From the NCBI GenBank assembly GCA_012295275.1, contig CM022670.1, positions 15,996,001 to 16,060,000 of the forward strand: DNA of 64,000 bases. Direction: 5' to 3'. The position numbers and the translations under genes were made by a program. This document shows, in pieces, positions 56,115 through 64,000 of the stretch. Source of the DNA: Chrysomallon squamiferum. Taxonomy: Eukaryota > Animalia > Mollusca. The first letter of the stretch is position 1, and each line of letters starts with the position of its first letter. The notes under the pieces are model-generated. The model had not been told where the DNA came from. It did no database searches and was given only the letters and a program-made list of their open reading frames with translations.

Positions 56115-56221
56115 ACTTCGGATCACTGAACTGGATACATATGACACTGGATACTACACTTGCAGAGCCAAAAACAACTATGGCATGGAAGAAACTACAG
56201 GGATACTCTTTGTCAAAAATG
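56115..56221 (+). CDS. Ror: Ror Ig domain exon, C-terminal half (LRITELDTYDTGYYTCRAKNNYGMEETTGILFVKN)
   Basis: Acceptor ttttgtgttttcAG, donor G|GTAGAT; 107 nt, phase 2 to 1. Canonical Ig I-set D-x-G-x-Y-x-C motif. Too short for the ORF track. Confidence 0.93.
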
Positions 56222-56394
56222 GTAGATATGATTTTACATGACTTATGAAATGAGAAAGACGAAATTCCGCTAAAAATGTAAATTAAGAGGAATTTATTTT
56301 TGTTTTTTTAACAATATTGTACTATATTATATTATATTATATTATATTACATTACATTAAATTGAGAAATAAAAATATCTGATTTTTGTTTTAG

Positions 56395-56485
56395 ATTTGC
56401 CACCTGAAACTGATCGAAGTAATCAGCTAAAACCTGATGATGTAGAGTTTGAACCTGACATACCTGGAGAAACAGATATCAATGG
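56395..56485 (+). CDS. Ror: Ror acidic/Pro-rich Ig-CRD linker exon (DLPPETDRSNQLKPDDVEFEPDIPGETDING)
   Basis: Acceptor gatttttgttttAG after a 173-nt intron; open in phase 1; ends at a GC donor GG|GCAAGT (56486) giving the phase 2 needed downstream. Confidence 0.8.
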
Positions 56486-57476
56486 GCAAGTTCATTAAAC
56501 ATATAGCATAAAAATAATATTATTGACAGTAGCAATAATAGCAATAATAATAATAGCAATAATAACAATAATGATACTGGTAATAGTAATGATCATAAGA
56601 TATAATGCCAATGATTAAAATTATAAAATTTAAATGAGTCACATTATATACACAAATGCATCCATTTACTACAACCATTGTTCTAACAGTCTGAGCTGTC
56701 TGTATGTATCACTGTGCCCCACTAAGTTGGCCAGTGTAAACTGTCTGGTTAGCACTGCCATAAGAGTAAGATGTTTGACTAAACATTCAGTTGTTTATAG
56801 CATTCTTTGGTCAGATACATTACATTAGTCACCACTAACCATAAAGATAGCCTCTTAGAACTCATTATTCTTTCACTAATCTATGGTCATAAACAGTAAA
56901 AAAAAAAACAACGTCAGGACCAACCATGAAGGGGGTATTTGCAGAGAATCTGATCCTTTTCTTTCAGTAGTTTATAATAATCTGTGATCATAAACTCTAC
57001 GAGGTAACCAGGAAGGGGGCCTCGGAGAGCCCATTTTTCTAGTTGCTGGTGATAAGCTGAGACTGGAATGTGATGAGGCTGCTAGACAATAAAGCTGTGA
57101 TATACTCAGTGTCAGATAAGCCGGGGGTATGGAAGGTGTATGTGATAGAATGTGTTTTACTCTGGAATGTTTTCAAACAGCTGAAGTCTGTAAAATAACC
57201 ACACTGTTATTTATGGTTGTACCTTTTTTTCTTATCACTGTTTACTTCATCACGTGGGTTTATATAGAAATAAATTTGTCCTTTGGTGTTTTTATTCAGT
57301 ATATGCTCATCCATTTTTTTTTTTTTTTTTTTTTTTTTTTGTGATGCACAATAATCTGGTTTTGTAGATACAGATTTTCTTTTGTGTTTTTTTTATGTCT
57401 ACTGATAAAACTTAAATAAATAAATTTTCTTTAAAAAATGCATAAATATTTCATAAGATAATTTCCAATGCTTTCA

Positions 57477-57511
<35 letters not shown>

Positions 57512-59111
57512 TTGTAAAGATAAGTGAAGTAGAAAATAATTATAGAAATTTTATTAGAAAAATCACACTTTCACACCTGCTCTATGTTTGGAGTAACTTC
57601 TCTTTTTTTTAAAGTTATGCAAGAGATAAGAACCAATTTTATTAATTAATCACAGGCAGTAACTGTGACACTGACAAAGATCTATGAAGCTGTCGCTATA
57701 AAGAAGTCAACAGACTGATTAAATCTGGGTTAGAATGGGAAATGTAATTTACTGGAAATGGTGGGGGGAAAAAAAAAATTATGTTTTTGGTCTGGCATAA
57801 GAAATGAAGTGATTTACCACATAGTTAAAATATCATCCAATTTGTCACCAAAGGGTGATGTGTAACACTCTCAAATCACAGCAGATCATCGTGTAATTAC
57901 ATGCTTCTTTAAGGCATATTTGTATTTGCCAAATTAAAACCTCCAGCTATGTGAATTTTTGGATTTTTTTTTTTTTTTATTCTCTGACTTTATCTTAATT
58001 GAGTGATTTATGTGAACAGATGTGTTAGATTGTGGTTGAACTATATCTTTTATAATCACAGCTCCCTTCAGAATCATTTAACACTTCTATCAAGGTAGTC
58101 AGCGACTTTTTTTTTTTCTACCTGTTTTAAAAATTTAAAGATAAAATTTACTACCTTTCCCAATACTTTACATACTGTTATTTGTCACAAACAGCAAACC
58201 ACCTGAAATAAATTATCTAGTGTAGTCTAAATTCTGTGATTCAAAAATATGTATTTACATTTTTTTTTAAATATATTTTTAATTTATTTATATAGAGATA
58301 CACAGGGTTCATAAAACGTTGCTGAATTTGCTGTTCTTTGTGTGTGTTAATTGAAACAGTAATCTTTGTTAGTTATAAACTTTCCTCTGAAGCAGACTTT
58401 CACTGTTTCCTTTCATGTTGACAGTGTTGCAGCAATAAATTGCAATACACCATTTAATGTTAAAAGCATTATTTATTATTAATGTATTGTTCGGTTTTTA
58501 TATTTGTGTGTTTTCACACATAAGATTTCACACTTACTGCAATGCAAGTCTGTTATTCAAAAATAAGAACACATTTATATATTAATCAGTAACTTATTTG
58601 TTTTCTTTGAATTTAAAAAAAAAAAATAAAAAATAATAATTGTGTATAACTAGTAATTTCAACAGTGGAATATCTTTTTAAGTGAGATGTTTATGTTCTC
58701 TGGTTAAAAACATTTTATTGTCATTTCTGGCCTAACTACCAATAACTAACAACAAAAATCCGGATTGTTGTATCGAACAGTAAAAGATGGATTAGCTTCA
58801 ATAAATGAAAGTGGATTTTTGCTCCTTGTTTATTTTGTTTTTCTTTTTTAATATTTTTTTTCATAAAAAATATATATATATATATATATAGACTTAATTT
58901 TGTTTTTCTTTTTTTTTTTTTTTTTTTTTTGTGTATATATGTTTATATTTATTCCCAGTTATTCCTTTATTATTCTTGATTATGATTTTTTATTTATTGA
59001 TTTTTTTTTTTTTAAATAAAATAATTCTTACTGTTGGATAATAATGTGTGTGATACAGCTGCTATGTATATTACACAGGTGTGTTAAATAATGTATTTGT
59101 TTTATTTACAG

Positions 59112-59150
59112 GTTTAATGGTAGATATGATTCAGAACTGCTACCTGGAAA
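59112..59150 (+). CDS. Ror: 39-nt symmetric (phase 2-2) linker exon, (G)FNGRYDSELLPG(K)
   Basis: Acceptor tttgttttatttacAG (59110-59111), consensus donor AA|GTAAGT (59151); no stop in the required frame; length divisible by 3. Confidence 0.7.
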
Positions 59151-59176
59151 GTAAGTCATACACTTTAATGTCATCA

Positions 59177-59198
59177 TTCTTCTCTTTCTCCTCTTTCT

Positions 59199-59250
<52 letters not shown>
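59177..59250. repeat. CT-rich polypyrimidine tract / (CT)n just downstream of the 39-nt exon
   Basis: Seen directly, starting ~27 nt after the donor at 59151. Confidence 0.95.
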
Positions 59251-59254
<4 letters not shown>

Positions 59255-59618
59255 TTTCAACCTACTATTCTGTTTTATTATGTTATATTCTCTTTTATTT
59301 TAATATTCTATCGTATTAAACTTTGTTAGGTTTTATTACATTGTGTTATACCTATACATCTTTTTCTTAATCTGTCCTCCTGTCTGTCTGTTTGTCTGTC
59401 TGTCCTATTCCCTGTTAAATGCTCTTAAATTCTTCTGTTGGTCTTTATCACATTCCATCCAGTCTCTGCAACTAAAGTACATAAAACATCCAGTTTTCCT
59501 ATCTATCTAACAGTACAGATAAAAGATTACTTGCTGGCAAATGATTCCAATCATGCAGCAGATTACATTTTTCAAATTACTAGAATAAAATTTTAAAAAT
59601 ACCTCATAATATTTTTGA

Positions 59619-59792
59619 AAAATTCAGATAATGGTGCCTCCTAAACATTTAAAAAAATATATATATAAAAAATATAAAATCTCAAAATTCATTTGAATGG
59701 CACCTTTTAAACATTTAAAAATCAAAATATATATATTCAAAAATTCAGATGAATGGTGCCTTCTGAACATTTTAAAAATAAAAATAAAAAAT
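59619..59792. repeat. Degenerate ~60-bp tandem repeat, 3 copies
   Basis: aaaattca(gat/ttt)(g)aatgg(tg/ca)cct...aacatttaaaaa repeated three times. Confidence 0.75.
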
Positions 59793-60624
59793 AAAATTTG
59801 TTCTGCATCAGAGATAAACACACATTATACAACAAGTGATATGTGAAGCTGACCAGTTTAGCTTCGTAGATGTAAACATGTTAAAAATTTTAATGTTAAA
59901 ATTTACTAGTGTTGTTTATAAAGAAACACTATCAGCAGAAATCAGGATGTCAACAAACTGTATGACTTTGTTTTCAGTCATGGCAGAGAATTAATTCCAT
60001 GTGTGTGACAGTTAATAAAGAGAACACCCAGTCAGTCAAAATTAAACAAATGTTTGTGTTAAATCTGTACTCATTTAGTGTGTATGTGTGTGTGTGTATG
60101 TTTTATATTAACTGTTAATGTAATATGAACACATTCGACATTAACCTTTTAATCTTGGTACATATTTTTTATAAACCTTTTGTACATTTATATATTTAAA
60201 AATTTCATGTTAGCTGTATATATATTTTAAAAAAATCAAAATGCCAAAAAAAATCTGTTTTTCATATGTATCCCAGTTTTTTTTTTTTTTTTATTATTTT
60301 TTGTTAACCTAAAAAATACCAAGTATTATTGGCATTAGTATTTTATGCCTTTCAAGTTTACATAAATATTTTATTCTGCCATAATCTCTTTTTAAACTCA
60401 TTTGACCTTCTATTTATCACTCTTTTTTTTTTTAATCTTTACTATTTTTTAAACTCTTGTTTTCTCCATTTTAAATAATTTTAAAATATTGTGTGTAGAT
60501 TTTTTTGTTGGTATAAACTGTTTTCCAGAAAAGAAATTTTATCTTTCTCTTTTGTAGCTTTTTTCTCTGTGTGTTGCCTAATCTTTCTCTTCCTTTTCAT
60601 TTCTTTTTCACTATCTACACATAG

Positions 60625-60666
<42 letters not shown>

Positions 60667-60879
60667 ATACATATTTAAAATTCAATCTCTTATAATTAAA
60701 TAATCTGCTAAATCAATTATAATTAAAAAAATGAAGATATCTCTCTTACTCAGTCTATCAATAAAAACTGCCTTAATTAGCTGTTTATTTCTCTCTCTTA
60801 AAACTACTTAAATGTAAACAGCCTTTTTACGAATTCTATTTCTGTGTGTAGTGACTTTATTATATTAATTTAATTTGAT

Positions 60880-61231
60880 TATTTCTGAATAAGTTTATTA
60901 TTATACTATTTCTATAAATAATAAATTTATGATTTTACTATTTCTATACATAATAAGTTTATTATTTCACTATTTCTATATGTAATAAGATTATTTTTAT
61001 GATATTTCTAAACATAATAAGATTATTATTATTATACTATTTCTGTATATGTAATAATTTTATCATTTCACTATTTCTGTGTATGTAATAAGATTATTAT
61101 TATTATACTATTTCTGTGTATGTAATAAGATTATTATCATTTCACTATTTCTGTGTATGTAATAAGATTATTATTATACTATTTCTGTATATGTAATAAT
61201 TTTATCATTTCACTATTTCTATATGTAATAA
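60880..61231. repeat. AT-rich minisatellite, ~30-37 bp unit (tatttctgtRtatgtaataagattattat...), ~10-11 copies
   Basis: Recurrent ctatttct...taataa units ending ~15 nt before the CRD exon acceptor. Confidence 0.9.
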
Positions 61232-61247
61232 ACTTTTGATTTCACAG

Positions 61248-61381
61248 AGATGACGACAAGGCTGACTCATCTGGTTTCTGTCAGGTGTACAGAGGAAGCA
61301 CCTGCTCTAAATTTGTGGGTAACATGAGCATCTACGTCACATCGAAATTCACCCAGAGTCGCAGAGAGGAGCGATTTATAG
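61248..61381 (+). CDS. Ror: Ror Frizzled-type CRD, first exon (DDDKADSSGFCQVYRGSTCSKFVGNMSIYVTSKFTQSRREERFI)
   Basis: Acceptor ttttgatttcacAG, donor G|GTAATT; 134 nt, phase 2 to 1. GFCQxYRG...C...F.GN motif as in ROR1 GFCQPYRGIACARFIGN, with the N-glycosylation sequon retained (NMS). Confidence 0.95.
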
Positions 61382-62141
61382 GTAATTATCAGCTTTTTAA
61401 TTGCATCTAGTCGCGTAATCAGTGTGTGTTTGCGCAGACCTCTTCCTGTCAGGGCGTGTTTGTACAAGGTCCCGTGAAGACAGATTTATGGCAAATTACA
61501 AAACTCTTAATAGCTTCATGATGCAATTGCAATCACTGTGAGTTCAGTGCAGAGGATGCCATAGGGGATGAATTACAGTCAAAGTGGAAGGTTTCTTTAT
61601 GTAAAGGTTGAGTCCAGTTACTTGTTAATGGAATAATGTTTTATTTGAAAAATAAATTATTGGTTTTGTTGTTGTTGAAAGCTGTTTGATTGTGTTGAAG
61701 TTAGATTTTTTTTTTTTTTTTTTTTTTTTTGTGTGTTTGTCTCATTTGTGGCAAGAATTTCCTTTTTTTTAATTTTTTTTATTAACAATGTTTCTTGAAT
61801 TTAAAATATTTTTGATGAAAACTTCTTTTTTTCTTTTTGTTTTTGTAATTAAATGATATAAAATATAAAAAAAAAAAAAAAAAAAATTATATTCACTGCT
61901 TGACACATTACCTCTATTCTTTTTACCTGAATTCTAATTGCTTTATAATTTTAACATATTGTTTGTTTATTTACATCATTATTAAAAATTGTATATTTTT
62001 ATTTACAATGGATTACTCCCATTGTCGCTGATCTGCTTTGATTTGTTTATTAAACATCACAGTATGTGTGCTCCTGTTTATGAGAAGGTTTATATAAAAC
62101 CAAATTTAATATTTTTTTTTTTTTTTTTTTTTTTTTTGCAG

Positions 62142-62351
62142 CTGCTTTTGCTGTGATTGGCTCATCAAGTCACCTGTCCCCCCAGTGTCAGAAGTTTGCC
62201 ATCCCTTCCCTGTGTTTCCACGCCTTCCCCCTGTGTGAGGAGGGAGTAGACCCTGCTGAACCAAGACAGATCTGTAAGGACGAGTGCGAGGTGCTGGAAA
62301 ATGAAATGTGCAGAACAGAATACGTGCTGGCGAAAAGACATCCACTGATTG
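62142..62351 (+). CDS. Ror: Ror Frizzled-type CRD, second exon (AAFAVIGSSSHLSPQCQKFAIPSLCFHAFPLC...ICKDECEVLENEMCRTEY...HPLI)
   Basis: Poly-T tract plus gcAG acceptor (62140-62141), donor G|GTCAGT (62352); 210 nt, phase 1 to 1. Six CRD cysteines; close to ROR1 [32 protein letters not shown]. Confidence 0.96.
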
Positions 62352-64000
62352 GTCAGTATTGCATACAGCTGCAGTTAATACTGTTCAGACTTGTTTACAA
62401 TTAATACTGTTAGAATATTGTATTCAGTTATTAGTATTGTAATCAGTTATTAGTATTGTATACAGTTATATCTACTGTTATTTAATTACAATTAATATTG
62501 TATACAGTTATAATTAACATTGTTCTACAGAGTTATTTGTACTGTATAAAGTTATAACTGGTCTGTTGGTATTATCAGTATTAAATAAAAGGCTGGTCAA
62601 TAAATCAATCAATCATTCTATATTGTTTATAATGTAGAGAACTAAAATATAGAAAAACAGTAAATATTCATATTTTATCCCCATTAAATGAAATAAATAT
62701 TAAAAAAAGAGGATATTTTGCTGCTGAACTGTTCACCTGTAGCTGAAAATAGCTGATTTAAACTTTAGAACATTCACACTTTGCCAGTGGTTGCCATGCA
62801 CTGTTGTCATTACACATCCCAGGACAACATGCACCCTGCAGACAAATGGCCGCCACTAACATACTATTTACTATACCACTAATCTTCGTTACTATTCACT
62901 TTACCATTGTCAGTAGTGATGTGTCCATCAGTGCATCAGTGTGGTAAATCTCTGGTTTGTCTGTCAGTTTGTGTCCACTCTGAATGATGACTGCTCTCAC
63001 TGGGATGGTCACTTTTGTTTGGTCAAAATGTATTTATTACCATAAAAAGCTGTGGGAATTTAGTTGTTTCAGTTTTTCTTGTTTTATAGCAACGTTTTGT
63101 TTACTCGTTGTTGTTCACTGTTTGTGGACATTATTGGGGGTTTTTTTAAGGGATAAAGTACTATGGTAAAAACTAAATTTCGTATTGTTGTCTGTTCATT
63201 GGTTAGGTTAAACTTAAAGGACCACTACTATCTCAGACATATCAGTTTTAGAGGGAAAAAAACCAATGCCAGAAATGTTTTTATCACATAATTTTGAAAT
63301 GAGTAAAAAAAAAAAAAAAATTACAAAAAAAAAAAAATAAAAATAAAAAACAAACAAAACAAGATAAAATTAAAAAAGAAAAGAAATAAATCAAAACACA
63401 AAAAAGATAAATAAATAAAACATAAAAATATTTATTATTTTGGAAACTGATAAAAACCTGTATACATCAAATGATGGTTTAAAAAAATGAAAATAACAGA
63501 TCTTTCATTATTTTCTGAATTATGGATATTTTCTAAATGTTTTATTGCTTTCTTTGATATTACATATTTTCTTTTATCAATGGGTACATTATTAAAAAAA
63601 AATCAACAGCAGCAGAAACACTGGCTGGTCTAAGATGCTGATTTCTGTTATTGCAGGCCTATTTCATGCTTAACAAACTACACAGGAACATTTAACTACT
63701 GCTGTACATAGCTTGAGTTCCACCACACAGACTTTTGTGTTAGGAAAAAATATGGCTCAGTCTGGCATGTTCAATTTCATGGATATTTTCATTTCTTTCT
63801 TCTGCCACATCAAAAAGATGAAAATAAATGTTTTTACTTATCAATTCATTATCCTAATAGAATCAGTTTTAAAAAAAATAAAAAATTTGAAAAATCTTTT
63901 TAACACATCTGTTTAGTTTTCATAAAGCACATTCATTCATATAGCTCTTTGAAGTCCATTACTGTAAAATGTAATAATAATATTTTTATTTTTTGATTAT

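Noticed and set aside
61267-62345. Minus-strand ORFs 61267..61467 and 62106..62345
   Set aside because: Antisense shadows of the GC-richer Ror CRD exons.
63657-63673. Acceptor tttctgttattgcAG as the next CRD exon
   Set aside because: In the required phase it reads GLFHA-stop with no CRD cysteines; the true next exon is probably beyond 64000.

Overview
AT-rich metazoan genomic DNA with many homopolymer runs and microsatellites. It is probably molluscan: the translated exons resemble Aplysia-type Ror as I recall it, unverified. Almost all ORFs in the supplied track are low-complexity noise. The window appears to lie within the 5' half of one + strand gene, a Ror-family receptor tyrosine kinase (Wnt5 co-receptor). 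Firm exons: 47683-47874 and 56115-56221 (Ig I-set domain), 56395-56485 (acidic linker), 61248-61381 and 62142-62351 (Frizzled-type CRD, 8 of 10 Cys). Three further small exons join these in frame: 3335/3338-3369, 16538-16575 and 59112-59150. A signal peptide, the rest of the CRD, kringle, TM and kinase were not found and are presumably outside the window. Points worth checking: a 1-nt frameshift in an A4 run of the first Ig exon (probably an assembly error), a GC-AG intron required for frame, a frame-preserving 39-nt exon, an N-terminus with no signal peptide, and two candidate recursive splice sites in a 31-kb intron. I found no convincing novel multi-gene system, no CRISPR array, no tRNA/rRNA and no intact transposon ORF.
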